A stretch of 64,000 bases of DNA from Octopus sinensis (GCF_006345805.1 NC_042998.1:135284001-135348000); one strand, 5' to 3'; shown: positions 1 through 14,763, counted from the stretch's first letter. Translations and numbers: made by a program. Notes: generated from the letters alone by a model not told the origin.

Positions 1-176
1 TTAGCGACATTTCGTCCGTCCTTGTGTTCTGAGTTCAAATTCCGCCGAGGTCGACTTTGCCTTTTATCCTTACCAGGTCGATAAAATAAATACCAGTTGA
101 TTATTGGGGGTCGATGTAATCGGCTTACCCCTCCCTCGAAATTGCTGGCCCTGTGCCAAAATTTGAAACCAATATT
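1..176 (+). mobile_element. SINE family B (GAGTTCAAATTCCGCCGAGGTCGACTTTGCC core), cut by the window edge
   Basis: Core recurs at 10547, 23768, 42528, 60903 and, inverted, at 41100-41525, 55136, 59113 and 62005-62390. Confidence 0.88.
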
Positions 177-504
177 TTTCACCAGAGTTATTTCGTTTGG
201 TCGTGAAATATCAAACGCCCTTTGACATTATTTACTTATGTCAATTTTAATTGTAAAATAATATTCTTGCAACGACAATTTAAATAAATTTTCTACTCAT
301 CATAATTATAGTGTTACTATAAGGGTGATTTAAATTAATTAATTAATGCAGTAATTAGTATTTAATAAAATTGAAAAAATAAATCTAGAAATTATCGTCA
401 CTTAACATTAAAATATTAGAGAGCAATGCTCTTGCCTAGACAGAAATTAAGCATATGTTCATGGAGAAACTTGTCATACTCTATGAAGCATATGAAGCAT
501 ACGT

Positions 505-860
505 GGAGGCGCAATGGCCCAGTGGTTAGGGCAGCGGACTTGCGGTCGTAGGATTGCACTTTCGATTCCAGACAGAGCGTTGTGAGTGTTTATTGAGCGA
601 AAACACCCAAAAGCTCCACGAAGCTCCACTAGGGGGTGGTGGCGAACCCTGCTGTACTCTTTCACCACAACTTTCTCCCTGTTTCTATTGTACCTTATTT
701 CAAAGAGCCAGCCTTGTCACACTCTGTATCACACTGAATCTCACCGAGAACTACGTTAAGGGTATATGTGTCTGTGGAGTACTCAGTCACCTGCACGAGC
801 AGGCTGTTCCGTTGATTGGATCAACTGGAACCCTCGTCGTCGTAACCGACGGAGTGCCAT
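505..860 (+). mobile_element. tRNA-derived SINE, family A
   Basis: A box TGGCCCAGTGG and B-box-like TTTCGATTCC; homologues at 2577 and 37377. Confidence 0.85.
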
Positions 861-2576
861 GATGAAGCATATGTTTATAGAGAAAATTGTGGCATTTGCC
901 ACTCGCTCTGAAGCAAAAATGATACCCATTTTGCCAATTTTCCAGTAAAGCACTAAAAGTTATAACATGGATCAAAGGTGACCCAAGGATCATCTGCTGA
1001 GAGCTCCCGAAGTCATAAAATAGAAAGGTTTTTTGTTTCCATACAACTTTTCTCATCCTGACACACGTTCCTGAGTCAATACTTCAACAGTCATATTTGG
1101 GTAATACTCCCGTATCTGTCATATTTATTTATCAAGATCAACAGTGAGAGCCTCTATATCGTCGTTCGATCTGTTAGAAATAGAAACCAAGTTTTCTTCA
1201 TATCATACCCACCATCACACACACACACACACACACACGAGAATCAAACAGATAATTCCTAGATGAGATGGTCACAGTTGGAATGTTTTTGATCATTTGT
1301 CTGCTCAAACCCAGTTAACATGGGGGTAAACAACACATTTGTTGCGCTACAGTACGAGAACGCTACGTCGTAAGTTCGTATCTGTTAACGACACAGCACC
1401 GTGTCTGTAATAAAAAACTAAAAAAATGGTCCAGATCGCATAACTGTAAATAGGCACCATATGACAGCAACATCACGACACACGAAATTGTGGCAGTTTT
1501 ATAATATTTATATGTTGTCTCTTAGTTTGAGGTACTTTCAACCTTCAAGCAAATTTAAATCCAAGAGAGAAAGAGTCTACCGGGATAGTTTAACTAAGCG
1601 ACACCACCTGAAGATGAAACCTTCATTGGTGTTCCAATTACAATAGAAGTTTTAGTTATACGCAACACATTATTCATTGTGTAAGCTACAACCAAAATAA
1701 GCTTCAAATCGAGTTTAGTGTATTTCAGTTTTATCGACAAGATGTCTGACAAACCGGTGCTTTAGAACAAAGTTGCTTGTAATATTTGTTTGGTATTGAG
1801 TAAGACACTACTGTCGTCAGAAGTAAAATGACTCAATGATTGACTCACTGGAAGCCTCTAAGCAACAACGTTATTGTTCGGAATATACGACTTAAAATAG
1901 AAAAAAAAGGGTAATTCCTTATGAGAGAGGAAGATGTCCTCTTATTGGTGGATGAGAATATCCTGTGCATATTTAGTTTAATGCAGAGTAGGATCTTGCC
2001 CACATACGGCAGCTTCTGTTTGACCAAGTGATTAACTCCGGCAGTTAGGACAACCTGAAGCAATGTAGAATAAATTGTTCTGATTGAGAAACACAACGAA
2101 GCACCACCGGCGGCAAAATGTTTGAACTTATGGCCTAGCCTTTCAATATCTTGTTTACTCAGCCAACTTTCAGGAACTATAATTTATAAGACACACTATA
2201 TAAGACTAAATTCTTTTCTAATCTGTTGTCTGAGGGTACTTGTTTATTTTAACCATTCATTGTTTAATTATGTTTTTCCTCTGTCAATGTCGCATCTCGA
2301 AGATAGAGTGAGTTCATAATTATTAAGATTAACTTAAGGTTCTGACCGCTATTGATCCAGGTCATGCCTAACTTTACACTTCTTGGATAAGTCTTTTAAA
2401 TCATGTTTAGGGCATCATAGCCCACTCGAATAGGAAGTTGTCACGTGCGGACATGTGTATCCTGGTGTCTGGTATTTCCTGGAGGAATTTGTCCAAGTAC
2501 TATTATGAGGACTTTTTTCTTCTTAGATCTTTCTTCAGAATAGAATTGAATAAAGCAAGACCAATCGAGGTAAAAC

Positions 2577-2870
2577 GGAGGTGCAATGGCCCAGTAGTTT
2601 GGGCAGCGGACTCGCGGTTTTGATTACCAGATCGGGCGATGTGTGTGTTTATTGAGCGAAAAAAAAACACACCTAAAGCTCCACGAGGCTCCGGCAGGGC
2701 ATGGTGGCGACCCGTTGTACTCTTTCGCTCCAACTTTCTCCCTGTTTCTTGAGTAACGTTTCGATGGACTAGCATCCCATCCAGCTGAGGGGAACGCATA
2801 CGCCATAGAAACCGGGAAACCGAGCCCATGAGCCTGGCTAGGCTTGAAAAGGGCGCATAAAAAAATAATC
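2577..2870 (+). mobile_element. tRNA-derived SINE, family A
   Basis: Same head and AAAGCTCCACGAGGCTCC body as 505-860. Confidence 0.85.
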
Positions 2871-3809
2871 GAGGTAAAAAAAAAAATCGAAACAATCAAA
2901 AATAAAAAGGTTGTCACATTGTTGCTATGTGAGCCGTGAATAAAGCTCAGGGTCAAACCATAAGTAATTTGTGAACTTGATAAAGCCATTGTTTGGTTTG
3001 TTGTGATAGATATAACCAATTAATGGAGAACACTGGTCAAGAAGACCTTTTTTTTTTTACAGCTGGGAACTCCTGCTCTATCTTATCTCAGAATTTCACA
3101 TAAATTTTTATAAATGTGTATCCTTGTGCCTAGATAAGTTCTTATTTTCTCAGGAACCTTGGCAGCATAAATTGATTCAACTCGGTTTATGAAATGTCTT
3201 GGTCGACACTTCACCTTTACGACAATTGTTACATCATTTTGAAATAAATTGATATTTTTAAAAACTTCAGCAACAATGCTTGTGATAGCCAAAAGAATCA
3301 ATCACAGTAGTTTATTGATCTCCAAATGGTAAAGTCGATCTCAACAAGATGTAACAGATAACGTACAATGACAAAAATGAATATTCTAAGTTCGGCTAAT
3401 CTACAGCCTTTGAAGTTCCAAAATATATTAGAGCATTTGTTCTTTTCTGTCTCAATTAAATTTAAGTAATTCTGAGATCATGTTGCATTTCGGTGAAAAA
3501 TCGGTATTCTTTCTTACTTTTCAGGTGATGCCAACACTATCTGGAAATGGAGTTGCTGATGACAAAAGAAACTAATCTGAAAAATTCTTATATATATGTA
3601 ATAAATAGGTCTTCGCAAGTATTACGTCATCATGGCACGTGATACATCAGTCGGTGGTAGCCTAGTTATCTTTGAAATTTGTGCTTCCGGTTTACTATTT
3701 ATTTAAGACATATGCGGTAGCTGGGTCGCGGTACCAAAAATAGATTGGCAAGTGTATACTAGCTGGTTTGATGCTTCACATTTCCTTGTAGAAATTCCAT
3801 CGTTTCAGG

Positions 3810-4034
3810 GCTTATGAAAGTGAAAGTATTTGCCTTGTTAAATGTAGGTGTTTTCCAGATCATAAATTAAAAGTGTTCCTACAAAATGAAAGTATTATGG
3901 CATTAAAGTAAACCGGCGCACAGAGCTTATGAAAGTGAAAGTATTTGCCTTGTTAAATATAGGTGTTTTCCAGGTCATAAATTAAATGTTCCTGCAAAAT
4001 GAAAGTATTTATGGCATTAAAGTAAACCGGCGCA
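3810..4034. repeat. Tandem duplication of a ~115-bp unit
   Basis: GCTTATGAAAGTGAAAG...AACCGGCGCA at 3810 and 3925. Confidence 0.9.
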
Positions 4035-5214
4035 AAGTAAAATACCGGTTAACGATTATAAAACATTTAATGTGTGGTCGCCTTAACTATAGTTGGTTCC
4101 ATCAAATATTCCTAATCAACAAAAGCAAATCTTAGTTATTTGTTACCCAACTGTATGGAGTGTAAGTTGAAGAGAATAGTTAACAATATATTATTTTTAT
4201 TTAAAATTATAGGGTTCAGTTTTCGACTGCCTCTACCTTCTGACCAAGTAAATTCTTTCACTTTCATAGCACCCAGGAAGCAAAAAGCGTCATTTCATTA
4301 ACTTATATATACTTAAGAACAACATTTTCCACTCAAATTTGAGTAATCGTTTCTATTGATAAACTGTTGGCATAGCTTTTGTAATTAAATAGGGAATCAT
4401 TCCAGAGTTAAAATATTTCGCGTAGTCAGATTTATGGTGGCAATGTGATGAGAATAATAGACGATGCAGAGTCCCCAGAGGAGATCCAGCTGACACTTTA
4501 CAATGATTTTGTCTTGAATGTAATTTCTACCAGTAGTTTCTAATGAGTGTCTTTTCTTTCTGCGTTCACAACTATGCATCAAAGTTTAAGAAAATAAGGT
4601 AAGCAGTAATAGAAATCAGTATTAGGAATTAGGGGACGCTAGTACGAGAGGTTGAGATGGTATTAGATACTATAAGCCAACACTCTCCGTGAGTTGAAGT
4701 GAAGGAACGTCGAACTCCTCACTTTATTTCTATTACTGAAGTTAATCAAGTCTAGGGGCAATTCAGACACAACGTAGTCGATCTATTTAGGAAAGTACTG
4801 ATACCAAGTCCTTCAATCGTATATTGCTACTAATATAGTTATTTATTAATGAATTAATAAATAGAACTACTGCAAGCATGAAAATTACATCGATTCTTAT
4901 ATTCTAAACGACATGTTCAGCATTTCAAAATGACATACGGATATTCGAAAATATTTTAGTCTCCAGTTGGCTAATTATCTCTCTCTCTCTCTCTCTGTAT
5001 ATATATACATATATATTTGAACTTGAACACATTTGAAAATATGGCTGCTGATTAATCTTAGAACGGTATGTTTAAGTTAGCAGTGAGAATCGTAGAATTC
5101 AAGCTCTGAACAATAAAGTTGTCAATTTACAATTTCTGAGCAGTCCCAATTTAGTGAAGCTGAGTCGTGTAGCAGAAACATAAATGTAGGACGTGAACAG
5201 AGATTATAGGTGGT

Positions 5215-5375
5215 GGCTCCGTCTGTTCTAAATAGTTGTTAAATCTCCCTCAACTCACCGTCTTATAATGTGGTCAATGCTCCGGTGCATTGGAAAAGAC
5301 GGGATAGTCATAGATGGAAAGCCTTTCTTCATAGGCCTCCTCAATCAGGACTGACTTGAGGTTAAACAAGCGAAT
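5215..5375 (+). repeat. Additional dispersed repeat family (related pieces at ~1150-1335, 12480-12720, 21600-21760, 22370-22560)
   Basis: Shared CCGTCTT..GATGGTCA(C/T)AG..GGAATG..CTAAACAAC motifs seen by eye. Confidence 0.5.
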
Positions 5376-6778
5376 GAAACCAATACGTTTTTGAGTTTTA
5401 ACCGACCACCGACCTCATCTTTTGGACAACTAACATTTTACATTATTTCAAATAAGACCTAATTGTTATTTATAATTAACATCTTTGCGTTCTCAAAATT
5501 CTTTTTTCGCACCTGTGACCATAATCTATTATTAGGTGATGTTCAATGAGTCACGCCGACACAGGTCATATGTAGTGATTTTTTTTTTTACAAAACTCCA
5601 CGAGGAAACGAACGTCTTCATAATTTCGTGAACCAGATTGGTAACACTTCAATATGTCAGCCAATCGCAACACTTGTTTAAAATAAACTCTAGCTATCAA
5701 ATGATCAGAGCTGTAATGACAACTTTCAGGAAGTGAGCCATATTAAGATATGGAAAATAAAAAAATGTAAATAAATAACAAAAACAAGTAAAAATGGAAC
5801 GAAAGTTCTTAATAGATATCAAAGCATACTTTAAAAACCACACAAACAACAAATACAGTTAAATAATCTTTATTCACAAAAAGATATTTATTACATCAAT
5901 CGAAGTAGAATTCTTTATTGAAAACAAAGATACATTTGTATTATTATTAACGTAAATTAGCTCCTTGAGTTAAAATAAATATCGAAATTTGATTTCATTT
6001 ATACCTAGAATTTTGTATGTGACGTAAAAAAAAAAAAAAAACTCCACTACCTCAGCAAAATTTTTAAAAAATCGTAATCGTAATTTAGTGTTTGCCAGCA
6101 AATAACAGCATTGCAATGTGAATTTCATTTCTAGCATCAATTATAAAACCACTTGCCAAACAAGTACATCTACGAAATTATGAATATATAACTATGTAAA
6201 AACCTTTAAAATAACCACACTGACTAATCACAGCTGAACTATATTCAGTAACGTCAGCCTATTTATATTAAAGCAAATAACTCATTTTATTTTATCTCAA
6301 ACCTATCCATTTCCCCAAAGTTATATATATGCACGCAAACGAACTTGTAGAAAAAGCACGTCAACCATAACTTGGACATTCACCATATTCACAATCAAAT
6401 GTTGCTTTTCTAATGAAACATTTGTTGTATAAACCCATCCGGACAGTAAATCTATCTCAAACAGCAGCTTCCTTATTATTACTATTATTATTATTATTAT
6501 TAGTGAAGCGATGGTAGAGGGTGGGAGTATTCATAACTTAGGTCTTTATTAATTACATTTATAGATATACAACTAAAGTAATATATATGATCGTATGTAG
6601 TAGTGTTAAAATTTGTACACCAATTCAAGATTTGTTATACAACATCCATTTTTACTGTTTGCTAAATAAATAACTTCTAACAAGATATTCTGTAGAACTG
6701 CTTGATACGAAAAAACCAAACAAGGCCTCAAAAACACGTTTCTGGCAAGCAACAAAATAAACTTTATTACTACAGGGT

Positions 6779-7075
6779 AGTTGCATGGCCTAGTGGTTAA
6801 GATGCTGCATTCACGATCGGAAGATCGTGGTACGATCGGAAGATCGTGGTTTCAATTCCCGTACTGGGCGGTGCGTTGTGTTGTGTTGTGTTCGGGCGAA
6901 TACCTTATTTCATGTTGCTCTAGACCGCTCGGCCCATTCAAGAGGGAATGTTGTGATCTCGTTCACTTATACATCATGGAAATCGGGTAACCGACCCTAT
7001 GAGTCCTAATACGCGAGACAGTGATGTGCAGGGGTTGATATAAGAGGACATACACAAAATGTTGATATTCTCCTC
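6779..7075 (+). mobile_element. tRNA-derived SINE variant with an internal 19-bp tandem duplication (ACGATCGGAAGATCGTGGT x2)
   Basis: A box TGGCCTAGTGG and B box GTTTCAATTCC. Confidence 0.7.
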
Positions 7076-10000
7076 TTGACAGATTTCTAAACAATTAGTC
7101 GGATCAAGGTGAATGTTTTCAGTAAAATGTGTCAATGGAAGATGTCAAGTATCGGTCTTTGATTCAAGATGAACCTTATGTAAATTAATCATGAAAATTA
7201 AAAGGAAAAATATGACCGTAAAGAATTAGATTTTATTACTTTCTTCTCTCCATATTTTTGTAATTCCTATCTTCGCTATCTAATTAACACTACCTCTGAT
7301 AAGTTGGAGAAAAACGCTTATAAATATTGTGTGTGAGAGAGAGAGTTCATGTATAGAACGTTCAAAATTACAGTGCTATATGTAAATTATTTGTTTCGGA
7401 ACTGAATTTTCAGAGAATGTTTGGAGAACAACAGTAAAATTGTGTCACCATTGTATTCCTTCCTGGCGGAATGAGGAAGAAATTACAGCCAGCACAGTTC
7501 CAATAACAATTAAGTCAAACAGTTCACTTTTTGCAAAGTATAATTAGAATTAACTGAAAATTAACTCCTGCAAAATGAGGGCCTTGAAAATCAGCTGGAG
7601 CAAAACGAAATACTCGCCTAAAATATACAATAGAAGAACTAGAAAAAACCCCAAAATGCTGCGAGATGTACAAGCTACTTAACCTGACCACATTTTAAAC
7701 CATTTATAGAATAGTGGGAGAGAACTCTTGTGATTGTAACTATTCTTTTAACAGTTTTAACTTATCTTTCTTCTTTCAAATTCATGGTTTTAGTTCTACA
7801 ACTGCAACGCGTGGGCGTGTATGATGATTTTCATATCCGCGATCTTTATTTTTTACTTCTCAACCTTTGAATATATGTTTATTACATGCACATTTACAGT
7901 ATAATATGAACTGGGTCAGAGAAGAAGGAAGTAAGTTCCTCGCTGATATTAGGCTTATGGAGCCTGTGTAAATTATCGAACTGTATTTAGTTTTCGTTAT
8001 AATGTAGTTTTCTAAATGAAACCAAGTTGGTATCTGTTCTTGTTGGCCCTATGAGAGAATTATCTTCTCAGTAGAAGAGGAACAGACAAAATAGCTTTCA
8101 CTATTAATACCAGTGAAGGAAAGGGAAAAAGCTGATTAAACACAACCACCCGTTTCTATTTTGATTAGAATTAGGACCAAACCCTAGCTGGAATTACATT
8201 TCTATTACTTCCAATTTGGTGGGGAGGGATAAATGTTTTTAAAATACATTTATTGTAACTGAATTATAATTTCCTCATGGAAAACTTTACAAGGCAATTG
8301 CTTTATTAAGAAAAAAATTTTAAATAAAATTTAGACGCAGTATGTTCAAACGATAATTAATTGAAGAGAAACGGGTCACCGGAAGTATAGTGGAAGCAAC
8401 ATTATAGAAACCTTCCAAATCAGTTGTGTGAATGTTGTGACAAGATGGAGGGGTGGGGACTATGATACATGAGACAGAAATAATATTAAACTTGTACATT
8501 CGTGTCATTCCTAAAATCTAGAAATTCTTTAAAGAAACGAGTTTTTGAAACTTCAAGTAAATTTCCACCCCACCCTCCATTCTAAACTTTTTTGACAAAA
8601 GCCAGTTTAAAAATAAAATAAAAAGCGAGAAATTTTTTTCTAAATTTTTCACTAATATATTATTTTAGGCTCATAGCGCTGTATTTGGTTTAGACTTACA
8701 TAAATATATAACATAAAAAAGGAAAACTATCAGTTGCTAAAACTGAAATACAATAATAAAATATCAGTCGTTGTCATTTTCTTAAAAAAAAAAAACAACG
8801 ATTATCTTGATTTGTTCTAGTTTAAAGATTTACTCAATGTCTAATTTTCTGCCGGATCAAGAGAGAAAAGAACTTTTAATCATATATTTATCACATAATA
8901 CATATACATTGTCTAAAACTTTGCCCCGACATCCAGATTAGACAACCTTTCTCTTTATGTGATTAATTATGCTTGCTCCTAGAAACGCCAGTCTCTTAAA
9001 TACGGGTTGCTGTAATTCCCGACCAAGTAGCATGTTTAATACATTTTAAACTGGTAAAAAGTCCAGGCTATAAACACCAGTTGCTTTAACTTCGCCAGTC
9101 TAGGATATTGTGAAAAAGCTTTGGATATAGCTTATCTTTGAACTAAAATGCAAGGTGACGCCCCTCTCCCAAATCCTTCACCTTAGTCATGAAAACCACT
9201 AATTAGTTTATTAATCTAAACATAACATTTCGATGAAGTTAATGTGTTTTTAACGACTGTATCGAATCCAAAACCTAATTTTACAATTTATTCCTGTTTG
9301 GTTACTCAATCTCTTGCTTGTTTGAAGCGAATACTTTTTGAAATTATATTATTCACAGAAATTAGTGTAGTAGGTTGTTATGTTGTCTACTGCTTACATC
9401 AGTAAAATGCTTGCAGAGGGAGTCCCCGATGGAAATATGTAGATACTCAAACTCTGAAGGTTCTAAATAATATTTTAAAATCATGTTTTAAATTCTCTAT
9501 CGAAATCTGGTCTCTCTGTAAATAGCTGCACTATGATGTTTCATAAAAACAAAACTAGTTCAGTTTCCAGTGGTGACCTTCATAACTCCATTTACATTGC
9601 TACCATTCTTAAAATATGAATTCTGCACCATATTCCCTATCCGGCTTGATTTTTTTAATATTGTTCCTCTGTAAGATAACCTCAGTCAATATAACAGTCA
9701 TTACTATTTCTCTAATTTGACATTGTTTATACCGGAATTTATACAAAATATTTCATACAAGATAATTGGAGAAAAGTTTGATTCTTTCTTCCTTTCTGCA
9801 GATTTAATAATTCGATTTGATCTGTAAGTTATCACAAGCCTAAATACAATACCCGGCCTCATCTAGTAGATCATCATAGTACTATTGACCACATTTCACT
9901 TTTTCAAAAGTCTTGACATCGATATCTTAAAACTACTTGTGCCTAACTTACACCCACAGAACCTAAGAGGAAAGAGAGATACGTACCTAGATTCTCAAAC

Positions 10001-10546
10001 TGACAAATACCAGCCCTCACCCCTCTTTTCAAACGAAGAAACAACAGAGCTTGGATCAAATTACTCTTTCTTTGTTATGGTGTTAGACGAGTTGAAAAAG
10101 TTTAAAAACGTCTTAATTTTATTAAACATGATAATTTGTCCACTCCTTCCATTCTCCTGAGCTCCAGTCCTATGAGAAACATTGATCGAGGTGAGGATGA
10201 TTCTGACGATATTAAAAGGAACTGAGAGATGTGTAAACACTAACGAAACGTTAAACGCGACATTTTCTCAATTATCCATAGAAATATTTATTTCTTCTAG
10301 TTGGCATTTTAATCATCTCTGCATTAGATATGTTAGTGCTAAATTATAAAGTAGTAAATAGGAAACTTGGTCCCTTCCGGTATTGAAGGGAAAATAACAT
10401 CTATTCTGATTGCAAGAATGAGGTTGTTTAACCAATACAAGATGCGGCGAATATTTCTCTAGTTTCTTGAAGAAAGTAATGTAAGAAAAAATTACTAGTA
10501 ATATCAGCAAATAGGCATTACATTGCCTATTATTTTACACTATCGT

Positions 10547-10920
10547 AAGGTGGCAACTTGGCAGAATCGTTAGCATGCCGGACAGATGCTCAGAGGCATT
10601 TCGTCCGTCTTTTCGTTCTGAGTTCAAATTCCGCCGAGGTGACTTTGCCTTCATCCTCTCAGGGTTGATAAAATAAGTATAGTGAAGCACTGGGATCAAT
10701 ATAATCGACTAGTCAGTCCCCTCCACAAAACTTCAAACCTTGTGCCTATAGTAAAAAGGATTATGATACACTACTCTGGAGCGGTGATCTGAGGTCAACT
10801 ACGCTTTTCATCCTTTCGGTACAGGTAAAATAAAGTACCAGTCAAGTACTGAGAACGATGTAATCGATTAAAACACCTGCCTCAAAACTTCTGGCCTTGA
10901 ACTTAAATTAGATACCATAA
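10547..10920 (+). mobile_element. Two adjacent SINE family B copies
   Basis: Full head at 10547 and a second partial copy from ~10785. Confidence 0.82.
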
Positions 10921-13603
10921 TTAAAGACTGGCCTACTTTGTATTTTACGTACCCACCCATGAATCAATTCCCTTCACTGAAGCCAATAATTGAAAGTAAC
11001 ACGGTATATCCACTGTATCCAGGTTTATGGCTTTTTGCCTAAATATGCAAGTAATATTTTCATACTTGTAATTATTGCCTACTTTTAATGTAAGGACGTT
11101 TTATAGTTACAAATAATCGAATAGAAAGAAATATCGGTGAATTAATCAACTCTTAAAATATAGTCCATAAACAATATTTGTATAAGTATACGAAATTGTC
11201 GGCCAAAGCGAAACAATCTCTTTGTCATATATATATATATATATATATATATAAGCAGTTTTTGTGAATAAATATAAAAAATTACTTCGCTTCGATCGGC
11301 TGACTCTACAATATTAATACTGTTTATATAGTATTTTGTTCATGTTATATAAACACAATTTTGTTCATGTTATATATAAACACAATTCTTTCACTTTTCA
11401 TTTCAACCGGAAGCTTTGTTCTGCTATAATTTGCTTAAAAAAAGTTTCACAGCCACCTGATACTTTCCTATTATTTTTTCAGTCAAATGGTACTTGTATT
11501 TTTCTAATAATTATCAGAATTTTAGATCCTAACTGTTAAATAACATTTACCTTTACCCTGAGGGTATTTTGCTTTTAATAGATAATCTACAGACCTAATT
11601 TTACTCCTGTTAAGAGAACAGAGAATATGTTTACATATTTAAAAAAAAAAAGAAAAGAAAACGAAACCGACAAAAGTATCTACAGCTCTATTCCCTTTCT
11701 AAGATAAAGTGTGATTTAACAAAGATTTCGTTTAGTTTTTCTAGCTGGCCTAGTGTCCGTATAGAGGGTTCTACACTGGCGCTATATATATAAACAGGTG
11801 GCTTGTAGATATCGGAATAACTGAAGTATTTATAAAAAAAAAAAAAATTGGTGTTTATCATCAGTTTATAAGAGAAAATTAAATCTTAAAAAAAAAAATT
11901 GATATAGAATCTTAATCTTACATTTCTAACTCTAAGTTATGCTGTAACCATTTCTTCAATGCCAACAGAATAAAGCTTTTATGCTTGGATGTTACCAAAA
12001 ATGGATTTGGAAATTATCCTACCGATTTTCAATTAATACAAACATCCAAGATTAGAGCCATTGACTACCGTTATTTAAATGTTTTTCTTTTCGATGACAT
12101 TTTAAACGAAGGATTTTGGGAAATAAATTACGATCACAACAATTGTCGATCTTCTGTAAGTCATTCCACTACAGATATCACGTGGAAGACAAAGTTATTT
12201 TAGAGTTATATATATTTGTATGAAACAATGATATAAGGAGTTTTAAACATATTTACGTTTCTTTCCGTAAAAATTTGATGATTCGGACTTCCGAAATAGT
12301 TTTCTCCCACCCTTTTCAAATTAATATATAGGAATAATAAAATTTTCGAATTATCAAAAAGAAACTAAGAACAACTTTAGATTTCTACGAGGCGTCTCAG
12401 AAGTTTAGAAAACGTGTTAGGTTGGCTACAGCTACAAGCTGAAAACTACTACAGGAGACCGTTAGCAATTACAAGAGAGGGAAAGAGGAATATAACATTT
12501 ATTAGTTGTTGTAAGCAACAACGAGTCTTTCTATACTAGCTGCCGCTCGGCCCGTGGGAAATAGCAACGAAATCTACCTCTATTCACACACTTTCATTGT
12601 AAAGATAAAGTAGTTCTATTTATATGACACTTCCCTTAAGAAAAAAATATAAATAAATAAAAACGAGTTATTACGGCTAAAATGTCTCGAGCAAGACTGG
12701 CCTAACGCGGGATAAACAACAATATTAACTTCGAAACGTGTCTTAAGTGCTTAAAAAACATTATTATTGGTGTTATTGCAGTTAGGTGAAAACTCTTTGT
12801 AGTTGAATATCTGTTTCCCTCATCCGTAAACAAATCATTCCTAGTATTTCTTGTTTAATTTCACTTTATTCTAGCATAAGATAGCAACAATATAATAACA
12901 ATAAAGAAGAAAGTGTAATTTAGCTAAGCATTCTCAAAACGTTAAACCCTTCGACTGAATGAAAGTATTATAGAAATCCCCTTTTTAGCTTGAAACACCT
13001 TGAATATGTTAGTTAAATGAATATTTACATCCAATATCTCTTGATTGCCTAAATATTTCATCCCCATATTATCCAAATGTATATTATGTTATATTGTCAT
13101 TACTTAGGGTTTTTTTAAACTGTGTTATTTAATTCTACCGCATCTAATACATATATTCTGAAAAAAAATCATATATTCTAATAAAAATAGTCTTAAAACG
13201 AAGAGAATATCTCAGGGAGGAAAGAAATCATAGTTATTGATTTAACGTATGTAAAGATTATGAATAAAACAAAATATACCTGTTGAAGATTTATCAATGC
13301 AGCTTAATTGAACTTTACAGCAGTTTAGCAGAACATTTCAGACTTTTGCGAGATAAAAACAAAAAACGTCGATAAAGAATTGTGTAAACTTTCTTTCGAC
13401 TTTTCACAAAGTTTCGTTTCATGAAACAAAGTTTTCTGTAAGCCGCCACGATGTAAAAAAATCAGTAAATATCTGCTTCTTTTCTTCAGGCAACATGCAT
13501 CAAAAACTAAATGCATTAAATGATGCTTAGACGCATCAAAAATGAAAAATACTAAATCTTTCATAGTCTAAACGACAGAATTCTACGTGGTACGGCGAAA
13601 CCT

Positions 13604-13769
13604 CCATATGTGGCCATGATAGATACGTATTTCCTCGATAGTGAGCTGTATGCACCGAAATGGTTAGCACTAGCTTCAGGAAGCAATGCCCATATATGGT
13701 AAAGGCTTCCCGTTTCTTAGAATTGAGCGTGAGCCGAAGAATAAAAGAGGAAGCCGGGCTTGTTCAGTC
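13604..13769 (+). promoter_or_regulatory. Putative actin promoter: CArG-like CCATATGTGG (13604-13613), perfect CArG CCATATATGG (13690-13699), TATA-like AATAAAAG (13740-13747), Inr-like TCAGTC (13764-13769)
   Basis: Motifs read directly. TATA-like to Inr spacing is about 25 nt, and CArG boxes are typical of actin promoters. TSS near 13766 is inferred. Confidence 0.65.
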
Positions 13770-13857
13770 GCCAGTTGCTCATTACAGCTCATACAATTAG
13801 GAAGGCAGCAGCCTTGATACCAGTAGTAGAATTTCTCTTTCGTGTTTAAGACTTTAA

Positions 13858-14010
<153 letters not shown>

Positions 14011-14180
14011 TAAAAACTTATTTAACAAATCCTTTTTTTTTTCTTTCTTTAGATTTTTATCTTTTTAAAACTAGCATTTCATCTTATTCTTTGTTAGCTT
14101 AGAACAATTAGGTAGACCAGCTACTTCAACACTGAACCGTTAAAGTTTTTTTTTCTTTTACCCCGTTTCTAGTTTGAATA

Positions 14181-14300
14181 ATATATTCACACTTAATACT
14201 ATAATATATACGCACTTAATACTATATGTACACACTTAGTACTATCATATATACACACCCAATACCATAATATATATACTTAATACTACAATATATACTG
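14181..14300. repeat. Degenerate ~22-bp minisatellite (ATACACACTTAATACTATAAT-like, about 5-6 units) in the actin intron
   Basis: Recurring CACTTAATACTA variants. Confidence 0.7.
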
Positions 14301-14494
14301 ATTTTTCTTTTTTACCTCTAATATATATACTAAAACTTTTATATATTAAGATTCTAGATAAGAATACATTATATATAAGATTTTTGTATATATAATATTA
14401 TATATACAAAACTGATATATAATTTAGTCTTACCAAGAATCTTATATTAATTTGCCACAAGAAAGCGAAAAAAACCTCACAAAAGCTATAACTG

Positions 14495-14524
<30 letters not shown>

Positions 14525-14525
<1 letters not shown>

Positions 14526-14589
14526 GTACATCACCCCCAATACTAATATATATATAATATATATATATTAGTATTGGGGGTGATGTACA
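14525..14589. repeat. Perfect hairpin: 22-bp arms TGTACATCACCCCCAATACTAA around an AT spacer
   Basis: 14525-14546 is the exact reverse complement of 14568-14589. Confidence 0.92.
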
Positions 14590-14763
14590 GGTTTAATATA
14601 TATACACTTCCTAAAGATTTATTTTGAGAATAGTTTATAAATTAGCAATCTTTTGTAAAACCTACAAAAAGAAAAATTAAAAGACCTTGCGTCTTTTTCT
14701 TTTTTACTAAGTTTTTTTTTAATCCCACGAGGCCGGCTTTTATGTTTGTGCCTTGTACTTTGC

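Noticed and set aside
505-580. tRNA genes at SINE heads (also 2577, 6779, 37377)
   Set aside because: A and B boxes are present, but there is no acceptor stem or cloverleaf, and they are followed by multicopy SINE bodies.
9300-10300. Possible ancient LINE remnant (similar impressions at 19030-19310 and 59520-60280)
   Set aside because: No recognisable conserved motif on manual translation.
13181-13190. MEF2-like site ATAAAAATAG
   Set aside because: Imperfect, and expected by chance in AT-rich DNA.
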